Part shown: positions 30,117 to 41,813 of the stretch, one piece after another | How the letters are laid out: every line of letters begins with the position of its first letter | Numbering within the stretch: position 1 is the stretch's first letter | Sequence record: OP114733 | DNA from: Escherichia phage vB_EcoM-pEB20 | Length of the DNA: 64,000 nucleotides | Direction: 5' to 3' (one strand) | Position numbers and translations under genes: made by a program | The notes under the pieces: model-generated | What the model was told of the DNA's origin: nothing | What the model saw: the letters and a program-made list of their open reading frames with translations, nothing else | Databases searched by the model: none

Positions 30117-32372
30117 ATGCAAGTAACTAAGAGCAGTGGTGTATCCCAAAATTTTGATGCACAGAAAATTATTCAAGTCTTAACTTGGCAATGTGAAGGA
30201 ACACAAATTGACCCATATGAATTGTACGAAGAAATTAAGACCCATCTTGTCGACGGGATGAGCACCAAAGATATCCAGAAGATTTGTATTAAAGTTGCAG
30301 CTAACTCGATTTCTGTCGAAGAACCTGATTATCAGTATGTCGCCGCTAAAGGGCTAATGTTTGCACTTCGTAAAGATGTATATGGGCAGTTTGAACCGCC
30401 TGCTTTTATCGACCATATTTCTTACTGTGTTAATGAAGGCAAATACGACCCTGAGCTGTTGTCTCAATATTCAGCAGAAGAAATCATTTATCTCGATTCA
30501 CAGATTAAACATGAACGAGACTTTGACCTGACTTATGCTGGTGCTATGCAGCTTAAAGAAAAATACTTGGTTAAAGATAAAACAACTGGGAAGATTTATG
30601 AAACTCCACAGTTTGCTATCATGGCTATTGGCATGGCCTTACACCAAGACGAAACTCATGACCGTTTGAAACATATTATTCGTTTTTATGATGCCGTTTC
30701 TACTCATCAAGTTTCATTGCCAACCCCAATTATGGCAGGTGCTCGTACTCCAACTCGCCAGTTCTCTAGTTGTGTAGTTATTGAAGCCGGTGATTCGTTA
30801 AAATCTATTAACAAAACTTCAGCATCAATTATTGAATATATTTCTAAACGAGCTGGTATCGGTATCAACGTTGGTATGCTTCGTGCAGAAGGTTCTAAGA
30901 TCGGTATGGGTGAAGTTCGACATACAGGTGTTATTCCATTCTGGAAACATTTCCAAACTGCAGTAAAATCTTGTTCTCAAGGTGGTATTCGTGGCGGTGC
31001 TGCTACAGCGTATTATCCGATGTGGCACTTAGAAGTAGAGAACCTATTAGTTCTGAAAAATAACAAAGGTGTGGATGAAAACCGTATTCGACATATGGAC
31101 TACGGAATTCAGATTAATGACCTCATGATGGAACGCCTTGGTAAAAATGATTATATTACTTTATTTAGCCCTCACGAAATGTCAGGCGAACTATACTACT
31201 CGTTCTTTGAAGATCAAGATAAATTCCGTGAGCTTTATGAGAAAGCTGAAAAAGACCCAACAATCAGAAAGAAAAGAATCAAAGCACTAGAACTCTTTGA
31301 ATTGTTCATGACTGAACGTTCTGGCACTGCTCGAATTTATCCACAGTTTGTTGATAATACGAATAACTACACTCCCTTTATTCGTGAAAAAGCTCCAATT
31401 CGTCAGAGTAACTTATGTTGTGAAATCGCTATTCCAACTAATGATGTGAATGGTCCTGATGCTGAAATTGGTTTATGCACATTATCTGCTTTTGTATTAG
31501 ATAAATTTGATTGGCAAGACCAAGATAAAATTAATGAACTTGCTGAAGTACAAGTACGTGCACTTGATAACCTGTTAGACTATCAAGATTATCCGGTTCC
31601 AGAAGCTTTAAAAGCTAAAAAGCGTCGAAATCTCGGTGTTGGTGTGACGAACTATGCTGCATGGTTAGCTTCTAACTTTGCTTCATATGAAGACGCTAAC
31701 GATTTGACTCATGAATTGTTTGAGAGATTGCAATATGGCCTTATCAAAGCTTCAATCAAACTCGCCAAAGAAAAAGGATGTTGCGAGTATTATTCAGACA
31801 CTAAATGGTCTAGAGGCGAATTACCTATCGACTGGTACAATAAAAAGATTGACCAAATCGCAGCCCCGAACTACGTATGTGATTGGGAAGAACTTCGAGC
31901 TGAACTCAAAGAACATGGAATTCGTAACTCAACGTTGTCTGCACTCATGCCTTGTGAGTCAAGCAGTCAAGTATCAAACTCTACAAACGGGATTGAACCG
32001 CCGCGTGGTCCAGTGAGTATTAAAGAATCTAAAGAAGGCAACTTCCGTCAGGTTGTTCCTAATATAGAACATAACATGGGTCTTTACGACTACGCGTGGA
32101 AACTTGCTAAGAAAGGTAATAAACCTTATTTGACCCAAGTTGCTATCATGTTGAAATGGGTGTGCCAATCTGCTTCTGCTAATACTTACTATGACCCTGC
32201 AGTATTTGAGAAAGGTAAAGTGCCAATGTCAGTAATGCTTGACGATCTGCTTTACTTCTGGTACTTTGGCGGAAAAAACCTCTACTATCATAACACTCGT
32301 GATGGGTCAGGTACAGATGACTATGAATTAGAAACACCTAAAGCTGAAGATTGTTCTGCTTGTAAGCTTTAA
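30117..32372 (+). CDS. nrdA: ribonucleotide reductase large subunit (class Ia)
   Basis: 751-aa ORF; active-site NLCCEI; C-terminal CSACKL cysteine pair. Confidence 0.92.
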   Translation: MQVTKSSGVSQNFDAQKIIQVLTWQCEGTQIDPYELYEEIKTHLVDGMSTKDIQKICIKVAANSISVEEPDYQYVAAKGLMFALRKDVYGQFEPPAFIDHISYCVNEGKYDPELLSQYSAEEIIYLDSQIKHERDFDLTYAGAMQLKEKYLVKDKTTGKIYETPQFAIMAIGMALHQDETHDRLKHIIRFYDAVSTHQVSLPTPIMAGARTPTRQFSSCVVIEAGDSLKSINKTSASIIEYISKRAGIGINVGMLRAEGSKIGMGEVRHTGVIPFWKHFQTAVKSCSQGGIRGGAATAYYPMWHLEVENLLVLKNNKGVDENRIRHMDYGIQINDLMMERLGKNDYITLFSPHEMSGELYYSFFEDQDKFRELYEKAEKDPTIRKKRIKALELFELFMTERSGTARIYPQFVDNTNNYTPFIREKAPIRQSNLCCEIAIPTNDVNGPDAEIGLCTLSAFVLDKFDWQDQDKINELAEVQVRALDNLLDYQDYPVPEALKAKKRRNLGVGVTNYAAWLASNFASYEDANDLTHELFERLQYGLIKASIKLAKEKGCCEYYSDTKWSRGELPIDWYNKKIDQIAAPNYVCDWEELRAELKEHGIRNSTLSALMPCESSSQVSNSTNGIEPPRGPVSIKESKEGNFRQVVPNIEHNMGLYDYAWKLAKKGNKPYLTQVAIMLKWVCQSASANTYYDPAVFEKGKVPMSVMLDDLLYFWYFGGKNLYYHNTRDGSGTDDYELETPKAEDCSACKL

Positions 32373-32427
32373 GACTTTTGATTATAATTTACTCATGGAT
32401 GAGTTAATAACTAAGTGAGAAAATATA

Positions 32428-33606
32428 ATGAGTACAGTTTTTAACACGCAACAAGTCGATGTTTTGAATGAACCGATGTTCTTTGGTTCTGGTCTTGGCC
32501 TCGCACGGTATGATATTCAGCGTCATAAAGTTTTTGAAGAACTTATTGAAAAGCAATTGTCGTTTTTCTGGCGCCCAGAAGAGGTAAACTTGATGTTGGA
32601 CTCTGCGCAGTTCAATAAGCTTCCTCAGTTCCAACAGGACATCTTTACAAACAATCTTAAGTATCAATCATTATTAGATTCTATCCAAGGCAGGGCCCCA
32701 TCTGCGGTACTTATGGCACTGATTTCTGACCCTTCATTAGATACGTGGGTTGCAACATGGACATTCAGTGAAACTATTCACTCTCGTTCGTATACTCATA
32801 TTATGCGAAATCTTTATACCGATCCATCTAAGGTATTTGATGAGATTGTATTAGACGAAGCTATTATGAAACGCGCTGAATCCATTGGACGTTATTATGA
32901 TGACGTTCTGATTAAAACCCGTGAATGGGAAAATGCTAAAGAAATTTTTAAGTGTTTTTCCGAAAATGAATATGATTTAGATGCATATTCAAATAGTCTT
33001 ATGCACATGGAAGAATGTAAACATGACCTAATGAAGTCTCTTTATCTCTGTTTGCATGTTATCAACGCCTTAGAAGCTATTCGTTTTTACGTATCATTTG
33101 CATGTACTTTCAACTTCCATAAAAATATGGAAATTATGGAAGGCAATGCAAAGATTATGAAGTTCATTGCTCGTGACGAACAACTCCACCTCAAGGGTAC
33201 TCAGTACATTATCCGTCAACTTCAATCTGGTACTGATGGTGATGAGTGGGTTCAAATTGCTAAAGAATGTGAACAAGAAGCAGTTGACATTTTTATGGAA
33301 GTAAATAGTCAAGAGAAGGAATGGGCTGCACACCTCTTTAAAGACGGTACATGTCCAGGTATCAATACGCAGAGTATGTGTGCTTTTGTTGATTACTTGA
33401 CTGTGTCTCGTATGAAACAGTGCGGGTTACCATGCCCAATCACTGATGCTCCGACCAAGCATCCGTATCCTTGGATTCGTGAATATCTGAACTCTGATTT
33501 AGTTCAAGCAGCTCCTCAGGAAGTTGAAATCAGTTCTTATCTTGTCGCACAAATTGATAATGATGTAGACCAAAATGTAATCAATTCATACAAAAAATAT
33601 TTCTAA
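32428..33606 (+). CDS. nrdB: ribonucleotide reductase small subunit, intron-free
   Basis: 392-aa uninterrupted ORF directly after nrdA; followed by GGGACTTCGGTCCC hairpin. Confidence 0.88.
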   Translation: MSTVFNTQQVDVLNEPMFFGSGLGLARYDIQRHKVFEELIEKQLSFFWRPEEVNLMLDSAQFNKLPQFQQDIFTNNLKYQSLLDSIQGRAPSAVLMALISDPSLDTWVATWTFSETIHSRSYTHIMRNLYTDPSKVFDEIVLDEAIMKRAESIGRYYDDVLIKTREWENAKEIFKCFSENEYDLDAYSNSLMHMEECKHDLMKSLYLCLHVINALEAIRFYVSFACTFNFHKNMEIMEGNAKIMKFIARDEQLHLKGTQYIIRQLQSGTDGDEWVQIAKECEQEAVDIFMEVNSQEKEWAAHLFKDGTCPGINTQSMCAFVDYLTVSRMKQCGLPCPITDAPTKHPYPWIREYLNSDLVQAAPQEVEISSYLVAQIDNDVDQNVINSYKKYF

Positions 33607-33610
33607 GGAC

Positions 33611-33630
33611 GGGACTTCGGTCCCACTTTA
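33611..33630 (+). terminator. hairpin GGGACTTCGGTCCC after nrdB
   Basis: UUCG-loop hairpin; weak T-tract. Confidence 0.5.
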
Positions 33631-33632
33631 TT

Positions 33633-34043
33633 ATGAAAGATATCGCCGCCGAATATTCCTTTATTAAATATACAGAATTGGAGCTATTAGAAGATGCAAC
33701 AATTAAAACAGTTGATGTCCCTAATAAGAAAAATGTCATATATGCTATTGCTATAGATGACGAACTTGTGTATATTGGTAAAACCAAGAATTTAAAGAAA
33801 CGCATTAACTATTATCGAACAGCCATAAATCGAAAAGACCAGACTTCAGATTCAAGAAAATCACTTATGATTTTGGATGCCTTAATGCAAGGCAAAAAGG
33901 TTGAATTCTGGGCCCGCCAATGTTTTGACCTTTCAGTCACCAACGAACTCGGTTCAATGACCATCGCAACAATGGACCTTGAAGAACCACTTTTTATCAA
34001 AAAGTTCAACCCGCCTTGGAATATCCAACATAAGAAAAAGTAG
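33633..34043 (+). CDS. denA: endonuclease II (GIY-YIG family)
   Basis: 136-aa ORF; IYAIAIDDELVYIGKTKNLKKRINYYR matches recalled T4 EndoII. Confidence 0.9.
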   Translation: MKDIAAEYSFIKYTELELLEDATIKTVDVPNKKNVIYAIAIDDELVYIGKTKNLKKRINYYRTAINRKDQTSDSRKSLMILDALMQGKKVEFWARQCFDLSVTNELGSMTIATMDLEEPLFIKKFNPPWNIQHKKK

Positions 34044-34072
34044 TTTACATACCACAAGGATTGTGGTACAAT
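34043..34072 (+). promoter_or_regulatory. early promoter of rnlA (GTTTAC-N18-TACAAT)
   Basis: consensus match; 7-bp inverted repeat ACCACAA/TTGTGGT inside spacer. Confidence 0.55.
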
Positions 34073-34089
34073 TTAAAAAAATTAACTGA

Positions 34090-35223
<1,134 letters not shown>

Positions 35224-35225
35224 TG

Positions 35226-35255
35226 GTTTACAAACACCAAGGAAGGTGTTACTAT
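35226..35255 (+). promoter_or_regulatory. early promoter of alc (GTTTAC-N18-TACTAT)
   Basis: consensus match; inverted repeat AACACC/GGTGTT inside spacer. Confidence 0.55.
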
Positions 35256-35285
35256 GGCTTTTATCAACAACACGAGGAGAAAATT

Positions 35286-35786
35286 ATGAATATGCAATTG
35301 ATTACTAACGATATGGTCGTAAACGCTTTTGGAGACACAACTGACGGAATCCGGGTCTTTAAGAAAGGACGTCCAGTTGGTTATCTTACTGACCTACGTG
35401 TTACACTGGCCAAAAATCTTAAAAAGAAAGTAAAACAAAAAGAGTATTCAACCCGATACGCTGAAGAGAAACGCGAAGCGATGCCAGAAGCAGTTAATGC
35501 TATGGTAGAATTTCTTCAAAACAATTTGACTAAATATGACGCTAATGTGTTCATTAATATTAGTCAACCAAACGTACATATCGCAGGTATCAAATTCTAT
35601 ATTATTTGCGACCCTCTTACCGACAAATTCAACCGTCTCGGAATCTCAAGCCCATATCATACAGCAGAAGAGTTGTGTGTATTGTTTGAATCATACAAAA
35701 TCCAAACTGACGGGCCTAAAACAGTTCTTATCAATGGATTATCCCGAGATGAAATCATTGAGATTATTAAAACATGCTTAAAGTAA
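35286..35786 (+). CDS. alc: Alc host-transcription inhibitor (position and length based)
   Basis: 166 aa from ATG 35286 after GAGGAGA RBS; early promoter at 35226-35255; between rnlA and pseT as in T4; ORF-track start 35223 lies inside the promoter. Confidence 0.65.
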   Translation: MNMQLITNDMVVNAFGDTTDGIRVFKKGRPVGYLTDLRVTLAKNLKKKVKQKEYSTRYAEEKREAMPEAVNAMVEFLQNNLTKYDANVFINISQPNVHIAGIKFYIICDPLTDKFNRLGISSPYHTAEELCVLFESYKIQTDGPKTVLINGLSRDEIIEIIKTCLK

Positions 35787-36130
35787 ATCCTATTTACGCT
35801 ATAGTAGCAGCTTTTGCTCTAGTTTCTACGGTAACAATAGTTGTCTTAAACAACAAAGTTGATTCGTTGAATACTGAATTAGCTTCTGTCAAAGAGGCCG
35901 CTAAAAACAATGCTAAAGTATTAGACGACTTCAAGGTTCAGTATCAGTCTATAGAAGAAATGACATATAAGAATCGTGTTTTAGTTGACCAACTTAAGGC
36001 CGAAAATGAAAAGCTCCGTAAGGATTCGAAGAAGAAGAACGTGGTGGCAAGTAAGCCAGGATTGGTCGAAAAACAAATCAACAGGTCCTTCGATTCCTTT
36101 GCAGAAGACCTCAGGAAGCTCTCAGAATGA
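35774..36130 (+). CDS. i-spanin (inner-membrane spanin subunit)
   Basis: 118 aa; N-terminal TM helix IYAIVAAFALVSTVTIVVL then coiled-coil-like segment; gene pair architecture as T4 pseT.3/pseT.2. Confidence 0.7.
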   Translation: MLKVNPIYAIVAAFALVSTVTIVVLNNKVDSLNTELASVKEAAKNNAKVLDDFKVQYQSIEEMTYKNRVLVDQLKAENEKLRKDSKKKNVVASKPGLVEKQINRSFDSFAEDLRKLSE

Positions 36131-36417
36131 TTAAATTAACCGCAGTTGTATTATCTATTGGTCTCCTAGTTGGATGTACTCAGGATGTGCTAGTAAGCCC
36201 TAAAGAAACTTTACATCCTTCATGGCCTACGCCTATTTCCGAATACAACCAGAAATGGCAAGTAAAGGTTATCAACGGTAATCCATGGGTTGGAATGCCA
36301 TTTGAAGACTCTCAAGAATTTCGTATCTGGTTAAACGACGTAAAAAGATATGTACATGACCAGAAGACTATGTTATGTTATTATCGTAGTGGTTTAAAAG
36401 AGGAAAAATGTCAATGA
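36127..36417 (+). CDS. o-spanin (outer-membrane lipoprotein spanin subunit)
   Basis: 96 aa; signal peptide with lipobox LVGC; ATGA-coupled to i-spanin. Confidence 0.7.
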   Translation: MIKLTAVVLSIGLLVGCTQDVLVSPKETLHPSWPTPISEYNQKWQVKVINGNPWVGMPFEDSQEFRIWLNDVKRYVHDQKTMLCYYRSGLKEEKCQ

Positions 36418-36632
36418 CTAAAGAACAGCATGAATACATTAAAGGGCTTATCTATGAATCTGAAATGGCGGCTATGATTTATGGACGCCAGATTCAACGA
36501 TTAGAATCTTTGCCTCCGACTAATGACCGTCTACTAGTTCAGTCTCGTGCTAATCTGAAAAATGAATACCAAAACAAGTGGGCAGTGGCGACTAAAGCTC
36601 TTCATGAGTATATCGAATCTTTAGTAAAATAG
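36408..36632 (+). CDS. hypothetical protein (74 aa)
   Basis: ORF overlapping o-spanin end. Confidence 0.5.
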   Translation: MSMTKEQHEYIKGLIYESEMAAMIYGRQIQRLESLPPTNDRLLVQSRANLKNEYQNKWAVATKALHEYIESLVK

Positions 36633-36662
36633 TTTACAAACTCTCGGGAGCAGAGTATAATG
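36633..36662 (+). promoter_or_regulatory. early promoter (GTTTAC-N18-TATAAT)
   Basis: consensus match; homologous to promoter at 8590 with compensatory change in stem. Confidence 0.6.
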
Positions 36663-36694
36663 CTCCTATGGATAATAAAATTGAGGAAATCTAA

Positions 36695-36993
36695 ATGAAA
36701 ACATTGTTAGAGAATTACATCAAACTATCTGATAAGTATTCTGAAATGCTCCATGCGGAAGACCGAGAAGAATATGATATGGATTTGGCTAAAGAATTGG
36801 ATGCCGCTGGTAAAGCTCTTCGTAAAGCTGCCAAAGAAAAGGGAATGGATATTCCGCAGCTAAAAAGTCATCTGTATAAATTTAACTCTTCAAATATTAG
36901 CAGATATTCTAATAACAAATCATATGCAGAACAATGTAAAGGACGGCGAGAGCATAACATTCGTATTCTTGAAACTTTCTTAGGAATAAAATA

Positions 36994-36994
<1 letters not shown>
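36695..36994 (+). CDS. hypothetical protein (99 aa)
   Basis: ORF with GAGGAAA RBS and its own early promoter. Confidence 0.55.
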
Positions 36995-38081
<1,087 letters not shown>

Positions 38082-38273
38082 ATGAAACGATTATATGAAG
38101 TGATTGAGGCCATCGAACAGCATAAAGAATATTTGTTTGTAGTATGGCCTTTAGTAAATGGACAGTTCGGTATTGATGTGCTGGACTATGAACATGAAGA
38201 ATGGTTGGACGGCGGTATATTTGATAACGTCGACCAGGCAATTGAATGGTTAAATGAAAACTATGTACGATAA
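38082..38273 (+). CDS. hypothetical protein (63 aa)
   Basis: ATG abuts pseT stop. Confidence 0.45.
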   Translation: MKRLYEVIEAIEQHKEYLFVVWPLVNGQFGIDVLDYEHEEWLDGGIFDNVDQAIEWLNENYVR

Positions 38274-38478
38274 ACATCATGAAATCGAAGATGAAGCATA
38301 CAAAATGCTTCGTAAACTAGTGGGACTTAATATGAGTCCTACATTAATCAACAAACTCGCAGGAATTCGTAATGATCTGAATACTCGTTACAAAGGTGAA
38401 TATCATGTAGAGTTTGTTCCTGTAGGTGAACCAACCGAGCGATTTGTTGTTCGAGTTAAAGTAAATACTGTGCACTGA
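38254..38478 (+). CDS. hypothetical protein (74 aa)
   Basis: ORF-track ORF. Confidence 0.45.
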   Translation: MKTMYDKHHEIEDEAYKMLRKLVGLNMSPTLINKLAGIRNDLNTRYKGEYHVEFVPVGEPTERFVVRVKVNTVH

Positions 38479-38485
38479 GGTAATT

Positions 38486-38761
38486 ATGTTCCCAACTTAT
38501 TCTGAAATTGTAAAGGTAGTCTTCAGTCAGATTATTGCTAATAATATGTTTGAAGTGCTTGATAATGCAGCCGAACTCAGAGTTCATGCTCAACTAACTC
38601 ATGTACTCAATGCTTTGCTCCCAGACCAAGTAGATTCTATTGCTATTACTCTTCTCCCTGGGTCTGCACACGTCATAGTGGTATTTGATCTTGACGGCGA
38701 TTTAGTTATCCAATGTGATATCAATTTCGGTACACAAAAAATTGAATGCAAAGCAATTTAA
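38486..38761 (+). CDS. hypothetical protein (91 aa)
   Basis: ORF-track ORF. Confidence 0.45.
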   Translation: MFPTYSEIVKVVFSQIIANNMFEVLDNAAELRVHAQLTHVLNALLPDQVDSIAITLLPGSAHVIVVFDLDGDLVIQCDINFGTQKIECKAI

Positions 38762-38763
38762 TG

Positions 38764-38793
38764 GTTTACAACATGGTGGAGTTGTGATACTAT
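38764..38793 (+). promoter_or_regulatory. early promoter (GTTTAC-N18-TACTAT)
   Basis: consensus match; inverted repeat GGTGGAGTT/AACTCTACC brackets the -10. Confidence 0.55.
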
Positions 38794-38821
38794 AACTCTA
38801 CCAACAAATGAGGAAATAGAA

Positions 38822-39058
38822 ATGCTAAGTGAAAACCCAATTACAGTACACGAATTTCAGATTAAAGTAAAAGAATTTGCTCAAGCACTCATCAATAAAG
38901 TGTCTGAACGTTTCCAAGATGCAACATTACGAGTTATTCAAGAATCTCCACGTTCTTTTCTCATAATCGTTAATCCTAAAGATGGTGACCAAATTACTAA
39001 TCTTAAATTAGGCAGTGATGGTCTTGTTGAAGCAACTCGAGTATATGGAACACTATAA
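38822..39058 (+). CDS. hypothetical protein (78 aa)
   Basis: ORF with GAGGAAA RBS and its own early promoter. Confidence 0.5.
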   Translation: MLSENPITVHEFQIKVKEFAQALINKVSERFQDATLRVIQESPRSFLIIVNPKDGDQITNLKLGSDGLVEATRVYGTL

Positions 39059-39178
39059 TGAGAGCTATCTCATTACTATCGAGAATGGTCATAAATCTGA
39101 GCACTACCAACTTAGCCTGTCTAATCCGGTTAAAGGTATTGTTGAATCAGAATCTGTTTATATCTCCTAAGGATTGTT

Positions 39179-40171
39179 ATGTTACCTGTCGTCGGAAAAC
39201 TTATTTCTCCAAAAGAACTGGCTGAGATTATTCCTTTGTCGGAAGCTTACGCATCACAAGTGGCTTCTCATCGCGAACAAGTTAATTCGATTATGAATGG
39301 TGAAGACCCACGCAAACTTATTGTTGTAGGTCCTTGTTCAATTCATGACCCTATTGCTGCTGTTGAATACGGCAAACGTCTGGCTGAACTTCAAACTCGT
39401 CTTCCTAATGTTCTGTTAGTGATGCGCGTTTATTTTGAAAAGCCTCGAACTACCGTAGGTTGGAAAGGTCTTGTAAATGATCCATATCTTGACGGAAGTT
39501 TTGATATGAACCACGGTCTTATAGTTGCACGAACATTGTGTCGTAAACTTCTACGTATGGGACTTCCATTAGCAACTGAAGTATTAGACCCATTCACGAT
39601 TAAGTATCTTTCTGGTATTTTCTCATGGGTTGCTATTGGCGCCCGTACGACTGAAAGTCAGACACATCGTGAAATTGCTTCAGGTCTACCGATGTGCGTA
39701 GGCTTCAAGAACGCAACCAATGGTTCTATTAAAGTAGCTACAGACGCGATGTATAGTGCCGCCTGGCCTCATCGGTATATGGGTATGGACGTCGATGGTA
39801 CTGTAGGCATTGTTGAAGCTGAAGGTAATCAGAATACGCATATCGTATTGCGTGGCGGGACCAACGGCCCGAACTATCATTCTTCTGATATTCAAGAAGC
39901 TTCTAACAAAGCAAGGGCAGTAGGTCTGAATCATTATGTAATGGTTGACTGTAGCCATGCAAACGCTGCCGGGCATTATAGCAATCAAATTGGTATTGGT
40001 AAAAATTTAGCAGCTAATGATTTGGTCAAAGGAATTATGATAGAATCATTCCTACATGAAGGAAATCAAAAAATTTCTGATAATATGTCCTATGGCGTTT
40101 CCGTTACCGATGCGTGCATCAGTTGGGAACAAACTAAAGAGCTGTTAACTTATATTAATAAGGTTCAATAA
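39179..40171 (+). CDS. 3-deoxy-D-arabino-heptulosonate 7-phosphate (DAHP) synthase, AroG-like
   Basis: 330-aa ORF; LIVVGPCSIHDP and RVYFEKPRTTVGWKGLVNDP motifs, IGARTTESQTHRE, HEGNQ, DACISWE all align with recalled E. coli AroG; TAATG-coupled to cd. Confidence 0.88.
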   Translation: MLPVVGKLISPKELAEIIPLSEAYASQVASHREQVNSIMNGEDPRKLIVVGPCSIHDPIAAVEYGKRLAELQTRLPNVLLVMRVYFEKPRTTVGWKGLVNDPYLDGSFDMNHGLIVARTLCRKLLRMGLPLATEVLDPFTIKYLSGIFSWVAIGARTTESQTHREIASGLPMCVGFKNATNGSIKVATDAMYSAAWPHRYMGMDVDGTVGIVEAEGNQNTHIVLRGGTNGPNYHSSDIQEASNKARAVGLNHYVMVDCSHANAAGHYSNQIGIGKNLAANDLVKGIMIESFLHEGNQKISDNMSYGVSVTDACISWEQTKELLTYINKVQ

Positions 40172-40752
40172 TGAAAGCTAGCACATACCTTCAGATTGCA
40201 TATCTGATTTCTCAAGAATCAAAATGTTGTTCATGGAAAGTTGGCGCAGTCATTGAAAAAGATGGACGCATTATTTCTACAGGTTATAATGGCTCTCCTT
40301 CAGGTGGTACAAACTGTTGCGAACATGCATCCGAAAACGGTTGGTTGAAGAATAAACCAAGCCCGGTCATCGTTGCTGGTCATAAAGAAGGTACTACAGC
40401 ATTTGGACGGGTGGATAATTTTGTTTTGGCTAAAGAACATCGAGCGGCTCATAGTGCATGGTCTGCTAATAATGAAATCCATGCTGAACTGAATGCAATT
40501 TTATTTGCAGCTCGTAAAGGTAATTCTATTGAAGGTGCTACGTTGTATACGACGCTTTCTCCATGTCCTGATTGCACTAAAGCTATTACACAGTCAGGTA
40601 TTAAAAAGGTTGTATACGCAGAATTATATGACAGATCTCCTGAAAATTGGGCAGACATTCTAAAACAAGCCGGTATTGAAGTAATTCAGTACTCTCGTAA
40701 TAATCTTCGTTCTCTGAATTGGGAACAAATCCGAAACTTTTGTGGTGAATAA
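40171..40752 (+). CDS. cd: dCMP deaminase
   Basis: 193-aa ORF; MKASTYLQIAYLISQESKCCSWKVGAVIEK...SPCPDC zinc-binding motif; matches recalled T4 Cd. Confidence 0.93.
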   Translation: MKASTYLQIAYLISQESKCCSWKVGAVIEKDGRIISTGYNGSPSGGTNCCEHASENGWLKNKPSPVIVAGHKEGTTAFGRVDNFVLAKEHRAAHSAWSANNEIHAELNAILFAARKGNSIEGATLYTTLSPCPDCTKAITQSGIKKVVYAELYDRSPENWADILKQAGIEVIQYSRNNLRSLNWEQIRNFCGE

Positions 40753-40753
40753 T

Positions 40754-41050
40754 ATGATTTTAACTGAACAAGAAACTATGGTTCTTCGTGAACGTATTAA
40801 AACTATTCTGTCTGTAGGCGTTCATTGTGTTGTATTTGAAAAGGCTAACGGTGAGGTACGCACTATGTTTGCTTCGCGCGATGAACTTGAAGTCAAATAT
40901 GAAAATAACAATCCGGCAACAGAAGTTCGTTCTGAACCTCGTGAATCAGTTCGAGCATTCGATACCAAGTTAGGTCAGTGGCGTTCTTTCCGCCTTGATA
41001 AAGTAATTTCGGTTGATGGTACTCCGGTAGAACGTTTGCTTCTTATGTAA
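40754..41050 (+). CDS. hypothetical protein (98 aa)
   Basis: ATG 40754 one nt after cd stop; ORF track begins at GTG 40742. Confidence 0.5.
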   Translation: MILTEQETMVLRERIKTILSVGVHCVVFEKANGEVRTMFASRDELEVKYENNNPATEVRSEPRESVRAFDTKLGQWRSFRLDKVISVDGTPVERLLLM

Positions 41051-41107
41051 TATGCTTTACGAATAGTATGGTATTATTAATCTATCGTCAAACAACAAGG
41101 AAATAAG

Positions 41108-41440
41108 ATGTCTGAAGTACAACTCCCAATTCGTGCTGTTGGTGAATACGTCATTCTGGTTTCTGAACCCGCTCAAGCAGGTGATGAAGAAGTTACCGAA
41201 TCAGGACTTGTGATTGGTAAACGTGTTCAAGGTGAAGTTCCTGAACTATGTGTAGTTCATTCTGTAGGTCCTGATGTTCCTAAAGGTTTTGTTGAAGTCG
41301 GTGATTTGACTCCACTACCAGTTGGACAAATTCGAAATGTTCCACATCCATTTGTGGCTTTGGGACTTAAACAACCTAAAGAAATTAAACAGAAATTCGT
41401 AACATGCCACTATAAAGCTATTCCGTGTCTTTATAAGTGA
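41108..41440 (+). CDS. 31: co-chaperonin gp31 (GroES-like)
   Basis: 110-aa ORF; [34 protein letters not shown]...[10 protein letters not shown] matches recalled T4 gp31. Confidence 0.95.
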   Translation: MSEVQLPIRAVGEYVILVSEPAQAGDEEVTESGLVIGKRVQGEVPELCVVHSVGPDVPKGFVEVGDLTPLPVGQIRNVPHPFVALGLKQPKEIKQKFVTCHYKAIPCLYK

Positions 41441-41448
41441 TATAAATA
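41441..41448 (+). promoter_or_regulatory. late promoter TATAAATA upstream of rIII
   Basis: exact octamer immediately after gene 31 stop. Confidence 0.5.
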
Positions 41449-41564
41449 ACTATATGAAGAGAACACTCTTCTAAGCGGTAGCCTACAACTGAGAGACTTG
41501 TCGAAAGAAGGTGAAATTCAGACGAACGTGGCTACTAAATATTATCTCGAATTGAGAATTTAAA

Positions 41565-41813
41565 ATGATTAAACAATTACAACACGCTCTTGAACTGCAA
41601 CGAAACGCATGGAATAATGGTCACGAAAACTACGGCGCGTCGATTGATGTTGAAGCCGAAGCACTGGAAATCTTGCGTTATTTCAAACATCTGAACCCGG
41701 TACAGGCAGCTTTGGCCTCTGAACTGGAAGCAAAAGATGAACTGAAATATGCTAAGCCTTTGGCTTCTGCAGCTCGTAAAGCAGTACGTCATTTTGTTAT
41801 TACCCTTAAATAA
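41565..41813 (+). CDS. rIII: lysis-inhibition accessory protein rIII
   Basis: 82-aa ORF following gp31 and a TATAAATA late promoter. Confidence 0.8.
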   Translation: MIKQLQHALELQRNAWNNGHENYGASIDVEAEALEILRYFKHLNPVQAALASELEAKDELKYAKPLASAARKAVRHFVITLK

